A program made the translations under genes and the position numbers. From Fibrobacteria bacterium (lineage in GTDB: Bacteria; Fibrobacterota; Fibrobacteria; UBA11236): DNA of 35,026 bases. The stretch is from assembly GCA_041746255.1 (NCBI GenBank), contig JBGTHM010000122.1:1-35026 (forward strand), written 5' to 3'. A model generated the notes under the pieces. That model was not told where the DNA came from. It saw only the letters and a list, made by a program, of their open reading frames with translations, and searched no databases. How positions within the stretch are numbered: the first letter of the stretch is position 1; every line of letters starts with the position of its first letter. Shown piece by piece: positions 1 through 9,763 of this stretch.

Positions 1-25
1 GGTTCGAATCCCCCTCTCTCTGCCA
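1..25 (+). tRNA. 3' end of a tRNA (T-loop, acceptor stem, encoded CCA), probably tRNA-Ser; truncated by window edge
   Basis: GGTTCGAATCCC T-arm followed by CCTCTCTCT-G-CCA. Discriminator G and this acceptor strand resemble tRNA-Ser. The anticodon is not visible. Confidence 0.85.
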
Positions 26-93
26 CAGCTACTTTAAGTGCGTCGAGAATGTTTATGGACCACTCCCATAACGGAATCGACCAGGAGAACCGA

Positions 94-303
94 ATGTCCA
101 AACATCAGCATCTATCCCTTGAGGATTGTTACGATCGCGGCGCATCGCCTTTTCGGGCGGTAATTATGGCCTCGCAGGAGGCGCGGTTCATTAATGAGCA
201 GGCTAACCTGGGCTTTATCAAGCTCGCGGACAAGCCTACTACCATTGCCATCCAGAAGTTCAAGGATAACCGCCTGGCATTGGTTGAAGACGAGGAAAAA
301 TAA
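94..303 (+). CDS. rpoZ: RNA polymerase omega subunit
   Basis: 69 aa with FRAVIMASQEARFIN...KPTTIAIQ pattern; AGGAG RBS at 83-87 before ATG 94; sits directly upstream of coaBC, the usual synteny. Confidence 0.82.
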   Translation: MSKHQHLSLEDCYDRGASPFRAVIMASQEARFINEQANLGFIKLADKPTTIAIQKFKDNRLALVEDEEK

Positions 304-332
304 GCGGACCGCCTCTCCGTGGAGAATCCGTT

Positions 333-1541
333 TTGCACGGTAAAAAAATACTGGTAGGAGTCACCGGTAGCATAGCCGCTTACAAGGCCTGCGACTTGGT
401 GCAGCGTCTTAAAGATGAAGGCGCACAGGTACGCGTGGTGCTTACACCCAGCGCGGAAAAGTTGGTGCATTCCCATACTTTCGCGGCCCTCACCGGTCAG
501 CCCGCAGTGGGCGACGCCTGGAGCGGGGTGCCGGAAGGCTCCATGCCGCATATTGATTTGGCGCGTTGGGCCGACCTTTTTTTAATCGCCCCCTGCTCCG
601 CGCATACCCTGGCGGAATTGGCGCACGGCCTTACCGGGTCGCTGGTTTCCCTAATCTATTTGGCCTTCGAAGGGCCGACCTATGTGGCCCCGGCCATGAA
701 TTCGGTCATGCTGGCGTCTCCCGCAGTGCAACGCAATCTGGAATGCTTACGCGAGGATGGCGTGGAGATCCTTCCCACCGACCCCGGAAAACTGGCTTGC
801 GGAGAAGTGGGCTGGGGCAAGCTATTGGAAGTGGGTCAAATCGTAGCTTTGGTGCGGTCGGGCTTGGCTCTTTCCAGAGTCCGTACCTTCAAAGACAAAC
901 GCGTACTGATTGCCTTGGGCCATACCCAGGAGAAAATCGACGATATCCGTTATCTGTCCAACCGCTCCAGCGGGAAAACGGGCTTGGCCTTGGCCCGCGC
1001 CTTCCACCTGGCCGGGGCCGAAGTTAAATTAGTGGCCGGCATTATGGACGGGGAAGTCCCGCTGGGGTTCGCGTCCCGACGGGTATCGACCAGCGAAGAA
1101 TTCGCCGTTGCCATGCTGGCTGAACGTGAATCAGCGGATGTGGTAATCATGGCGGCGGCCATAGCGGATTTTGTTCCGGTACGGGCTTTCCCGGGGAAGA
1201 TTTCGGCATCCAAAGAGATGGTTTCTTTGGAGTTACGCCCGACTCGTGATATCCTGCATGAATTAGGGCAAAGCAAACCCCAAGGCCAGGTCGTGGTCGG
1301 ATTCGCATTGGAAACGGATAATGTGCTGGTGCAGGGAATGGAAAAACTGACGCGAAAACAATGTGATGTCATGGTGCTGAACAACCCGGTGCAATCCCAA
1401 TCGGGTTTCGGGTTGAATCGGGTGGTCGCCTCCGTGACCTTGGCAGGCCATACTCCCCCACCCCTCGCGGAAATGGAAAAGGAAGTGCTGGCCGATAAGG
1501 TTCTGGAAGCCGTGGAATTGGCTTTGCAAAAAAATACATGA
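333..1541 (+). CDS. coaBC: Bifunctional phosphopantothenoylcysteine decarboxylase/phosphopantothenate-cysteine ligase
   Basis: KKILVGVTGSIAAYK, PHIDLARWAD, APAMN, GKLACGEVG, LSNRSSGKTG, VGFALET motifs; TTG start with GGAG RBS. Confidence 0.96.
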   Translation: MHGKKILVGVTGSIAAYKACDLVQRLKDEGAQVRVVLTPSAEKLVHSHTFAALTGQPAVGDAWSGVPEGSMPHIDLARWADLFLIAPCSAHTLAELAHGLTGSLVSLIYLAFEGPTYVAPAMNSVMLASPAVQRNLECLREDGVEILPTDPGKLACGEVGWGKLLEVGQIVALVRSGLALSRVRTFKDKRVLIALGHTQEKIDDIRYLSNRSSGKTGLALARAFHLAGAEVKLVAGIMDGEVPLGFASRRVSTSEEFAVAMLAERESADVVIMAAAIADFVPVRAFPGKISASKEMVSLELRPTRDILHELGQSKPQGQVVVGFALETDNVLVQGMEKLTRKQCDVMVLNNPVQSQSGFGLNRVVASVTLAGHTPPPLAEMEKEVLADKVLEAVELALQKNT

Positions 1542-2404
1542 GCGATTTTTCCACGGCTGATCTACGCTCCTATCTGCAATGGCAGTCTGATATGGGCGGT
1601 GAAGAGGTTATTCTGGAGGAACCTTGGCGGGGTTCCTCCCCTAACGCGAATCGCACCGGTGTCTCAGTGCCTGCCGGCCGAACCGCGAGTGGACGGGACT
1701 CGGAGGCCACGGGTGTCGGTTTGTTACAAGCCTTGGCCGCCGAATTCGCGGGAAGCGGCCCTGTGGTTTCGCAATCACCCAAACGCAGATTGGTTGCAAC
1801 CCCTGCACCGGTAAAAGCCGGCGATTTACCGGGCTTCGCGACGCTCGCAGCCTATGGGGAGTACATCCTTACCCATTATCATGAAATGGCTACCGATTGG
1901 AGTTCCAAGTCGAATGAGCCTCCCATACTCGGTGAGGGCTCACCTGACGCCAAACTTTTAGTCCTGTTTCTAATGCCCGATGAGAGGGCCGAACCGGGGC
2001 GAATTTTAGCGCCGGAGGACGATTTGCTGTTAACCCGGATGTTGAGCGCCATTGGGTTTTCGCGCGCAGAGGTTTATTGCACTAGCATAGCTAAATTGAA
2101 ACCCCGACCCGGAAAACTGACGCGCCGCCATTTGGTCCGTCATTGGCCATGGTTGGTGCGGGAATTGGAATTGGTACCCGCTTCTCACATTTTGGCTATG
2201 GGCGAGGCTTGCGCCCAATATGTGCTTAAAACAGGGAAAAACCTGGAGGAATTACGTGAGGGTCCGGCGGATTTATTCGGAAAAGCCTGTACCGTAACCT
2301 ACCATCCTTCCCAATTATCCGCACAGGGCGAATTGAAGACCGCCGCATGGAAAGACTTGCAAGGATTGAAAAGAAAATGGGAAGAAGTCTGGGGAGCCCA
2401 ATGA
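1538..2404 (+). CDS. Family-4 uracil-DNA glycosylase-like protein with degenerate active site
   Basis: GEGSPDAKL, LLTRMLSAIG.SRAEVY, ILAMGE, TYHPS..., K..AWKDL match the family-4 UDG scaffold. GEAPG and the Fe-S cysteines are missing. ATGA overlaps with both neighbours. Confidence 0.8.
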   Translation: MSDFSTADLRSYLQWQSDMGGEEVILEEPWRGSSPNANRTGVSVPAGRTASGRDSEATGVGLLQALAAEFAGSGPVVSQSPKRRLVATPAPVKAGDLPGFATLAAYGEYILTHYHEMATDWSSKSNEPPILGEGSPDAKLLVLFLMPDERAEPGRILAPEDDLLLTRMLSAIGFSRAEVYCTSIAKLKPRPGKLTRRHLVRHWPWLVRELELVPASHILAMGEACAQYVLKTGKNLEELREGPADLFGKACTVTYHPSQLSAQGELKTAAWKDLQGLKRKWEEVWGAQ

Positions 2405-3780
2405 GTCAGTCGAGTCATGTAAGCGGGGGACAAGGCGGCCAGGCTACTATGGCCTATCGTCTGCCGCCACAAGCCATCGACGTGGAAAAGCAGGTGATTG
2501 GCGCCTTGTTGCTCGATTCGGAAGCGGTGGCATCCGCCATAGAAATTATTGGGCCCGACGATTTTTACCTGGAAAAACACCAGGCCATCGTGGAGTGCAT
2601 GGCCGGCTTATTCGAAAAAAATACTCCGGTCGATCTCATCACCGTATCCGAAGCGTTGCGCAAAATGCGCAAGTGGGAAAAGGTGGGCGGTGAAGATTAT
2701 CTATTGGAGATTTCGGCCGAAGTGGTTTCGTCCGCGAATGTGGTGCAGCATTGCCAAATCATCAAGGAAAAATCCATGCTGCGCCGGCTTATCCAGTCGG
2801 CCAATCAGATTCTGGAAAGGTCTTACGAGGGCGCGCAAGAGCCTTCCGAGATTTTGGATTCGGCTGAAGGCGAAATCTTCGCCATCGGTGAACAAAATGT
2901 AAAGTCGGGATTCATCCAGATTAAAAAAATCCTCAGCGATACCTTTCGCCTGATCGAAAGCTATTCCAAGGGAGAAATAACCGGAGTGCCGACCGGGTTT
3001 CGGGATTTCGATCAAATGACCTCGGGTTTCCAAAAAACCGACCTCATCATTCTGGCCGGAAGGCCCGCAATGGGAAAAACCGCCTTGGCCTTGAGCATGC
3101 TCGCCAATGCTTCCATCGATCGGGGCAAAACCGTGGCTTTTTTCTCCCTGGAAATGGGCCGGGAACAATTGGTGCAACGTATTCTCTGCCGCCAGGCGCA
3201 AATCAATATGCACCTGCTACGCACAGGCCGCTTGCCCCAACGGGATTTTCCCAAACTATCCATCGCGGTGGGGCCTATCAGCGAAGCCAATATTTTCATC
3301 GACGACCACCCTTCGCTCAATATCCTGGAACTCAGGGCCAAATGCCGCCGCTTGAAAGCCCAGCATGGGCTCGATATGGTGATGGTGGATTATCTTCAGC
3401 TCATGCAGGGAACGGGCCGAACGGAAAACCGGCAACAGGAAATTTCCCAGATTTCCCGCGGGCTTAAAGGCCTGGCCAAGGAGTTGGGGATTCCGGTGGT
3501 CGCCCTTTCCCAGCTTAGCCGCGCGGTGGAGCAGCGCGGCGGCGAAGGCGAGCCCAAACTATCGGACTTGCGCGAATCGGGGGCCATCGAGCAAGATGCA
3601 GATTTGGTGATGTTCATTTATCGCGATGAGGTTTATAATAAGGATGCCGAAAAGGGCAAGGCCAAGATAATCCTGGCCAAACAAAGAAATGGACCTACGG
3701 GAGACGTGCCTTTGACTTTCATAGCCGATTTCGCTTCGTTTACGGATTACTCCCCACGGTCGGAAGAACAGGCATTTTAG
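2401..3780 (+). CDS. dnaB: Replicative DNA helicase
   Basis: PPQAIDVEKQVIG, AGRPAMGKT (Walker A), FSLEM, VDYLQLM, LSQLSR, LSDLRESGAIEQDAD, KQRNGP. Start 2401 (ATGA overlap); alternative ATG at 2449. Confidence 0.98.
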   Translation: MSQSSHVSGGQGGQATMAYRLPPQAIDVEKQVIGALLLDSEAVASAIEIIGPDDFYLEKHQAIVECMAGLFEKNTPVDLITVSEALRKMRKWEKVGGEDYLLEISAEVVSSANVVQHCQIIKEKSMLRRLIQSANQILERSYEGAQEPSEILDSAEGEIFAIGEQNVKSGFIQIKKILSDTFRLIESYSKGEITGVPTGFRDFDQMTSGFQKTDLIILAGRPAMGKTALALSMLANASIDRGKTVAFFSLEMGREQLVQRILCRQAQINMHLLRTGRLPQRDFPKLSIAVGPISEANIFIDDHPSLNILELRAKCRRLKAQHGLDMVMVDYLQLMQGTGRTENRQQEISQISRGLKGLAKELGIPVVALSQLSRAVEQRGGEGEPKLSDLRESGAIEQDADLVMFIYRDEVYNKDAEKGKAKIILAKQRNGPTGDVPLTFIADFASFTDYSPRSEEQAF

Positions 3781-3790
3781 GCGGGTTCCG

Positions 3791-4636
3791 TTGGAAAAAA
3801 CCAGGCGTCGACCCGCTATTCCGTTTAACCCATTGCGCACTGTAATTGAAACCATAGGTGCGCTCACCTTGGCTTTCGGTCGTTCGGTGAAGGCTATCAC
3901 CTCCGACTATTTGGACAAACTGGGAGAGGCCGTCGTCCTTTTAGCCCGAATTTTCTATCGATTTCCCCAGGTGTGGAAAAACCCCTACCTGACAGTCCAG
4001 CAAGTCGTGCGTATCGGCGTTACCTCCCTACCCCTTGTCGTAGTCATTTCCTTATTCATCGGCGCCGTGGCGACTCTCTCCGCCAATTATCAATTCCGGG
4101 GATACGTTCCCGATTTATACCTGGGAACCGCCATCGCCAAATTCGTCATAATCGAATCCGGTCCGGTACTTACCTCATTGGTGCTGGCGGGCCGCGTCGG
4201 CTCGGCTATCGCCGCCGAAGTCGGCACCATGAAAGAAAAGGAGGAGCTCGACGCCTTGGCCGTGCTTGACCTCGATCCCTTGCGCTATTTGGCCATGCCG
4301 CGATTGCTGGCGGGTATCATCAGCTTTCCGGTTTTGGTCATCATCTCGGATTGTCTCGCCTTGGTGGGCGGCTGGGTGGTCGCCTATGGATTGCTGGACG
4401 TGACCACGGCCACCTATGTTTATGGATTAAGGTTTCTCTTTTCGGTTTACGACGTCGGAGTGAGTCTTGGAAAGGCGGTGTGCTTCGGCATCATTGTCAT
4501 CTTGATGGGATATTACCATGGCCTCCGCTCTGACGGCGGCGCGCGGGGCGTGGGACAGGCTTCCATGCGATCGGTGGTTTCTTCGTCGGTTCTCATTTTG
4601 GTCATGGATTTTTTTATCGTCTATTTCGCGTACTGA
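3791..4636 (+). CDS. mlaE: MlaE-family ABC transporter permease
   Basis: IGVTSLP, ESGPVLTSLVLAGRVGSAIAAEVGTM..EELDAL, P.RYLAMPR, GARGVG motifs; multiple TM segments. Start uncertain. Confidence 0.92.
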   Translation: MEKTRRRPAIPFNPLRTVIETIGALTLAFGRSVKAITSDYLDKLGEAVVLLARIFYRFPQVWKNPYLTVQQVVRIGVTSLPLVVVISLFIGAVATLSANYQFRGYVPDLYLGTAIAKFVIIESGPVLTSLVLAGRVGSAIAAEVGTMKEKEELDALAVLDLDPLRYLAMPRLLAGIISFPVLVIISDCLALVGGWVVAYGLLDVTTATYVYGLRFLFSVYDVGVSLGKAVCFGIIVILMGYYHGLRSDGGARGVGQASMRSVVSSSVLILVMDFFIVYFAY

Positions 4637-4687
4637 GTCATTTCCGGGATTCCGGTCGGCGCGAAAAAATGAAGGAAAGGATTTTCG

Positions 4688-5458
4688 GTGAACGATTCCG
4701 AATACCTTATTGAACTTCGGCATTTGCAGAAATCCTTCGGGCATCAAAAGGTGTTGCGCGATGTCAATTTGAAAATCCGCCGCGGCGAGACCATGGTCAT
4801 CATCGGAAGCTCCGGAGGCGGTAAGTCCGTGATCCTGAAACATGTCATCGGGTTGTTGCAACCCGACGAAGGCGAGATGGTTTTCGACGGGCAAGTCATC
4901 GGTACCAAGGTTACCCAGGATTTCAAGGCCGTGAGAAAACGCATGGGAATGTTGTTTCAGGGTGCGGCTCTGTTCGATTCGATGAACGTGGGCGAAAACA
5001 TCAAATTTGCGCTGCGCGAGCACAACAAGCAATTGACCGAAAACGATTTGGACCTCATCATGGCGGAAACCCTGCATATGATCAATCTTTCGCCGGATAT
5101 TTGTTTCAAAATGCCCAGCGAACTTTCAGGGGGAATGAAGAAAAGGTTGGGATTGGCGAGAGTCATTGCCCTGAAACCCGAAGTCATTCTCTATGACGAA
5201 CCGACCACGGGGCTCGATCCCATCACTTCGGATGTCATCAATGACCTGATTCTGGAAATGCAGTCGAAACTCGGAGTGACCAGCATCGTGGTGACGCACG
5301 ACATGGTCTCGGCCTATAAAGTCGCCGATCGCATGGCCATGTTGCTCGATGGACACATCATATTTACAGGCACCCCCCAGGATATCCGGGAAACCACCAA
5401 CCCCTATGTACAGCAATTCATAAAGGGGCAACGGCGCTTACTGTCGGAAGTGGATTGA
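4688..5458 (+). CDS. mlaF: MlaF-family ABC transporter ATP-binding protein
   Basis: GSSGGGKS Walker A, MLFQGAALFDSMNV, ELSGGMKKR signature, LYDEPTTGLDP, VVTHD; follows mlaE. Confidence 0.92.
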   Translation: MNDSEYLIELRHLQKSFGHQKVLRDVNLKIRRGETMVIIGSSGGGKSVILKHVIGLLQPDEGEMVFDGQVIGTKVTQDFKAVRKRMGMLFQGAALFDSMNVGENIKFALREHNKQLTENDLDLIMAETLHMINLSPDICFKMPSELSGGMKKRLGLARVIALKPEVILYDEPTTGLDPITSDVINDLILEMQSKLGVTSIVVTHDMVSAYKVADRMAMLLDGHIIFTGTPQDIRETTNPYVQQFIKGQRRLLSEVD

Positions 5459-5542
5459 CCCTGGAAGCGGCGCGCATAGTCTTCCTGTATGCCGTATCCA
5501 TGGGGACAATTTTTGGCCCGCAGAAGTTAGTATTTGAACATC

Positions 5543-6910
5543 ATGGCCCTTAAAAGTAAGACATCCACGCTTTTTCTTTGCCGGGAATGCGGCGATACCA
5601 CTCACAAATGGGCGGGCAGGTGCCCCTCCTGCGATGCATGGTCCAGTCTGGCGGAGGTGCGGGAGCAAGCCCAGGCATCGGTGCAAACTCGCGGCCTGGG
5701 ACTGCAGGGCGCTCCCATCACTCTGAAGGAAATCGTGGACCAGCCGGAACAACGGCTGCGTACGGGTCTTACCGAGTTGAACCGGGTTTTGGGCGGAGGC
5801 ATTGTCCCCGGTTCCCTGGTTCTGATTGGCGGCGACCCGGGTATCGGAAAGTCGACTTTGCTGCTGCAAATGGGGACTATACTCTCCACGGCCGATGTAT
5901 CGGTTCTCTACGTTACCGGTGAGGAGTCGCTGACCCAACTGAAAATGCGCGCCGAAAGATTGAATATGCCCGCGCCCGATATGCAGGTTTATGCGGAAAC
6001 CAATTTAGAATCGATTCTGGCGCAGGCGAACAAACTGAAGCCACGGGTGCTGATCATAGACTCCATCCAGACCGTCTATAAACCGGACCTTACCGGTTCT
6101 CCGGGGTCGGTTTCCCAGCTGAAAGACTGCACCCTCTCATTGATGGTCTATGCTAAATCCAGCGATTGCGCCGTGTTCATCGTAGGGCATGTCACCAAGG
6201 AAGGTGTGCTTGCCGGTCCCCGCATGGTCGAACATATGGTCGATACCGTGATTTATTTCGAAGGGGAGCGCCACCTGGCCTATCGTATTTTACGGGCAGT
6301 GAAAAACCGATTCGGGGCCACCAATGAAATAGGTGTTTTCGAGATGGCTTCCACCGGGCTAATCCAAGTGGAAAATCCATCCCAGGTTTTCGTACAGGGC
6401 AAGGGTGAGCGCGATCCGGGTTCGATGGTAACCTGTTCGATGGAAGGTTCGCGCCCGATTCTGGTCGAGATTCAGGCCCTGGTATCACGCTCCAATTATT
6501 CGGTGGCGCAAAGGGTGAGCATGGGCCTCGACTCCAAACGCCTGACCATTTTGCTCGCCTTGTTGGATAAATTCGCGGGCATCGAGATCGGGTTGCAAGA
6601 CGTATTCGTCAATATTGCGGGAGGATTCCGCGTGGAGGAACCGGCGGTGGATTTGGCCGTAGCCGCGGCCGTGGCCTCCAGCCACCTTTCACGGCCCTGT
6701 CCTGCCGGAGTGGCGGTCTTGGGCGAACTGGGCCTGAACGGAGAATTGCGCGCCGTTCCTCTGGTGGAGTCGCGGGCCAAGGAGGCTGCGCGCCTGGGTT
6801 TCAAAACCCTGGTGATTCCACAAGCATCGGCGGCCAAACTCAATTTACCGGGGGTGGAGTTGCGAGCCGTTCAGAAATTAGGTGAGGCCCTGGAAGCGAT
6901 TTACGGATGA
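5543..6910 (+). CDS. radA: DNA repair protein RadA/Sms
   Basis: CRECG...GRCPSC zinc finger, GGDPGIGKSTLL, IIDSIQT, KNRFG motif, Lon-like C-terminal domain. Confidence 0.97.
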   Translation: MALKSKTSTLFLCRECGDTTHKWAGRCPSCDAWSSLAEVREQAQASVQTRGLGLQGAPITLKEIVDQPEQRLRTGLTELNRVLGGGIVPGSLVLIGGDPGIGKSTLLLQMGTILSTADVSVLYVTGEESLTQLKMRAERLNMPAPDMQVYAETNLESILAQANKLKPRVLIIDSIQTVYKPDLTGSPGSVSQLKDCTLSLMVYAKSSDCAVFIVGHVTKEGVLAGPRMVEHMVDTVIYFEGERHLAYRILRAVKNRFGATNEIGVFEMASTGLIQVENPSQVFVQGKGERDPGSMVTCSMEGSRPILVEIQALVSRSNYSVAQRVSMGLDSKRLTILLALLDKFAGIEIGLQDVFVNIAGGFRVEEPAVDLAVAAAVASSHLSRPCPAGVAVLGELGLNGELRAVPLVESRAKEAARLGFKTLVIPQASAAKLNLPGVELRAVQKLGEALEAIYG

Positions 6911-8079
6911 GCTCCGTAGCCACTCACTCATCCACCTCCGAATTTTTCCAAATCACGGCGCAGGATCCGCAAGGCGCAGCCCGATGTGGTCTATTGCAAA
7001 CCGCTCATGGGCCCGTGGAAACCCCGGTTTTCATGCCGGTGGGCACTGCCGGTACCGTCAAAGCCGTTAATCCTGACGCTTTACGGGATTTAGGCGCCCG
7101 TATAATCCTGGGCAACACCTATCATCTCTATCTGCGTCCAGGTACTGATCTTATCGAAAAAGCCGGAGGCCTACATCGCTTTGCAGCCTGGAAGGGCGCC
7201 CTGTTGACCGATTCGGGCGGATTCCAGATTTGGAGCCTGAAAACCTTGCGTAAAATCAGCGAGAAAGGCGTCACTTTCCGCTCCCATATCGACGGGTCCA
7301 GCCACCTATTCACTCCCGAAAGTGTTATGCGGGCGCAAAGGCAGATCGGAGCCGACATTATCATGGCTTTTGATGAATGCACCCCCTACCCTGCCACTCC
7401 CGCCGAAGTCGACCATTCCCTGGCGTTGACTCAAAGATGGACCGAGCGCGCCGTGGAGTGGTTGGCCGCTAACCCTCCCTTGCACGGTTATCCGCAACGG
7501 TTTTTCGGTATCGTGCAAGGCGGCATGTATCCCGAAGCGAGAGCCGCCGCTGTGGAGCATTTGGTCGAACTCGATTTGCCCGGCTATGCCCTCGGAGGGC
7601 TCAGCGTAGGGGAGCCCGCGGAAATCATGTATGAAGTGGCGGGACAATGCGCTCCCCTGCTCCCTCCGGATAAGCCGCGGTATATCATGGGAGTGGGCAC
7701 GCCCTCCAACCTCCTCAATCTTGTGGGACTGGGTTTCGACATGTTCGATTGCGTCATGCCTACCCGCAATGCGCGTAACGGCCAGGTGTTCACCTGGGAG
7801 GGTGTATACAATTACAAGGCCCGTCGCTATGCGGAAGATCTGGATAGTCCTTTGGATAAAGATTGCAGTTGCTATACCTGCCGGAACTTTTCCCGGGCCT
7901 ACCTCCGGCATCTTTTCCATGCCGGAGAAAGCCTGGTATTGCAATTGGCTTCCATCCACAACCTGCATTTTTATTGCGCTTTGATGAATGCGGCCCGGGA
8001 GCGAATCCGGCAGGGAAATTTTGGGTTTTGGAGCCGGGGATTGCTGCAAAAGTGGGCTTCCAGCATCCCGGTTACCTGA
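6907..8079 (+). CDS. tgt: Queuine tRNA-ribosyltransferase
   Basis: TPVFMPVGT, NTYHL, TDSGGFQ, GIVQGG, GGLSVGE, DMFDCVMPTR, CSCYTC...H zinc site. Confidence 0.98.
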   Translation: MSSVATHSSTSEFFQITAQDPQGAARCGLLQTAHGPVETPVFMPVGTAGTVKAVNPDALRDLGARIILGNTYHLYLRPGTDLIEKAGGLHRFAAWKGALLTDSGGFQIWSLKTLRKISEKGVTFRSHIDGSSHLFTPESVMRAQRQIGADIIMAFDECTPYPATPAEVDHSLALTQRWTERAVEWLAANPPLHGYPQRFFGIVQGGMYPEARAAAVEHLVELDLPGYALGGLSVGEPAEIMYEVAGQCAPLLPPDKPRYIMGVGTPSNLLNLVGLGFDMFDCVMPTRNARNGQVFTWEGVYNYKARRYAEDLDSPLDKDCSCYTCRNFSRAYLRHLFHAGESLVLQLASIHNLHFYCALMNAARERIRQGNFGFWSRGLLQKWASSIPVT

Positions 8080-8135
8080 GCGGATTCCAGGAAAAGGGGT
8101 GAGGCCCGTTTATCCTATCATAAAAACTCAAATTG

Positions 8136-8144
8136 TGATAGAAT
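8136..8144 (+). promoter_or_regulatory. Candidate extended -10 element upstream of the FapA-family gene
   Basis: TG-A-TAGAAT in an AT-rich intergenic gap about 50 nt before ATG 8192; no convincing -35. Confidence 0.3.
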
Positions 8145-8191
8145 TATCCCTATGGAGCAGACAAGCATCCCGCTTCTTGCGGGGGGATTAA

Positions 8192-9607
8192 ATGGCCTCC
8201 GTCGATAAGAAGCTCGTAGATAAGCATTTCGAATTCGAAATCTCCCCCATGGAGCTTTGGTTGACTATCCGTCCTGAAGCGGGCCTGGGTCCCGCAGAAT
8301 TCGATAGCCTCTCCGTAATTAAGAGAATCCGCGATCTGGGCGTCGTTCACGGCATTTTGGAGGATGTTGTGGATGAAATGGTGCGTAAGAAATTATACAA
8401 CCTCAAAACCTTGGTGGCCGAGGGCAGGCCGGTACTGAACGGATCGGATGCGCGCATCGAAATCCTCTTTGAACAGGTAGAAGAAATCCATCCCACGGAA
8501 ATGGAGGACGGTAAGGTCGATTATAAGAACTTGCAAACCATTCAGATGATTGCACCCGGAGATATTTTAGCCAAACGTTATCCCGCTACGCCGGGAGAAG
8601 CTGGAAAAGATATTTTCGGAAAGGACCTTCCCGCCGTTGCCGGAAAGGAAATGAAATTCCACGCGGGACCCAATACCTCCATCAGTCCCGACGAACTTGA
8701 GTTATCAGCCACTAAACGGGGTCATGCCTTTCGAGAACGGGATATGATTTGCGTGGAAGAAACCTATCGGCTTACTGGAAACGTCGATTTTAATTCCGGG
8801 AACATCGCCTATGGCGGCGATGTCTTCATCGAGGGTAATGTAACCGATGGATTCAGAGTCGAGGCGGGAGGTAAGATATTCATAAGCGGCAACGTGGAGG
8901 GAGCGGAAATCATTTCCCACGAAGGCGACATTATCATAGAGGGCGGTGTTTTCGGAGGAGACCGATCATTCATAAAGGCAAAGACCGATATAACGGTAAC
9001 CATGGCTCAATCCGCTCATTTTGAATGCGAAGGGATTCTGCTTTTTATGAAGTCCTTGCTCAATTGCACTGTCAGAGCGGGAAAAATTGAAGCCAAGTCT
9101 CCTACTGCCATCGCTTGCGGCGGGTCCATCATAGCCTTCGAATCGATGATTCTTTCCATTGTGGGATCGGTCGGCACGAAAACCGAATTGGCCATATTGG
9201 ATGCCAAAGCAGAAGCCTGTCAACGTCAACTCGAGGAATCCGAGAAAAACCGGGTAAAAGTCCTTCAGGGAAAAGAGGCGGTGGAAAAGCAGTTGAAACC
9301 CAAGCTGGCATGGTTGAAAAGATATCCCGAATCCATCTCCGAAAAAAGTAAACAGGAAATGCAGCGACTGTCCGAAACCCTGGAAAAAGCGACGAAACTT
9401 CTTGGGCATCTTGATGCCGAAGAAGTGCGGCTGAAAGAGGAGTTGGCGGCTTCGTGGGAACCGAAGGGATTTCTCATCGTAACGGGTAAGGTGGTATGGG
9501 GCGTACATCTCAACATGTACGGACATTTCCGGGAATTAAGCGAATCCGATTCCAAACATAAAATCACCTGGTCGCATGATGAGGGATTCAGCCTTATTTC
9601 GGCTTGA
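8192..9607 (+). CDS. FapA / DUF342 family protein (flagellar assembly protein A-like)
   Basis: LVAEGRPV.NG.DA, DGKVDYKNL, P.TPGE.GKDIFG, GNVDFNSGNI.Y.GDV.I.GNV..GF.V.A.G beta-helix repeats and C-terminal coiled coil; adjacent to cheX/cheY. Confidence 0.88.
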   Translation: MASVDKKLVDKHFEFEISPMELWLTIRPEAGLGPAEFDSLSVIKRIRDLGVVHGILEDVVDEMVRKKLYNLKTLVAEGRPVLNGSDARIEILFEQVEEIHPTEMEDGKVDYKNLQTIQMIAPGDILAKRYPATPGEAGKDIFGKDLPAVAGKEMKFHAGPNTSISPDELELSATKRGHAFRERDMICVEETYRLTGNVDFNSGNIAYGGDVFIEGNVTDGFRVEAGGKIFISGNVEGAEIISHEGDIIIEGGVFGGDRSFIKAKTDITVTMAQSAHFECEGILLFMKSLLNCTVRAGKIEAKSPTAIACGGSIIAFESMILSIVGSVGTKTELAILDAKAEACQRQLEESEKNRVKVLQGKEAVEKQLKPKLAWLKRYPESISEKSKQEMQRLSETLEKATKLLGHLDAEEVRLKEELAASWEPKGFLIVTGKVVWGVHLNMYGHFRELSESDSKHKITWSHDEGFSLISA

Positions 9608-9763
9608 CAAACCTTGGTGATAATCCCGATTTTGCTGCAGTACCCAACGATTGCAACCCGGGTAAGTTTTCCATTCTTCCTCACAATTGGGAAATATTCA
9701 GGAAGCTCTGGAATTTTTACGCCGCCTCCCCCTATACTTGGCTTCCTACAACTTGGAGCAAGA

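Noticed and set aside
1..93. tRNA 3' end as an integration site (att) for an island
   Set aside because: It is followed directly by rpoZ-coaBC. No integrase is present and I noticed no duplicate of the tRNA 3' end in the window.
305..335. Hairpin plus T-run covering the coaBC RBS (possible attenuator)
   Set aside because: The inner stem is only about 4 bp with a large bulge; too weak to support without folding calculations or conservation data.
2401..3780. Intein or intron in dnaB
   Set aside because: Normal length with contiguous helicase motifs.
9605..9625. TTGACA...GATAAT promoter upstream of cheX
   Set aside because: Spacer is only 9 nt, incompatible with sigma70 geometry.
9614..9763. 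50-aa N-terminal extension on CheX in the ORF track
   Set aside because: CheX similarity and a GGAG RBS begin at ATG 9764. The longer track starts for rpoZ (49), dnaB (2347) and the lipoprotein (11420) were rejected for similar reasons.
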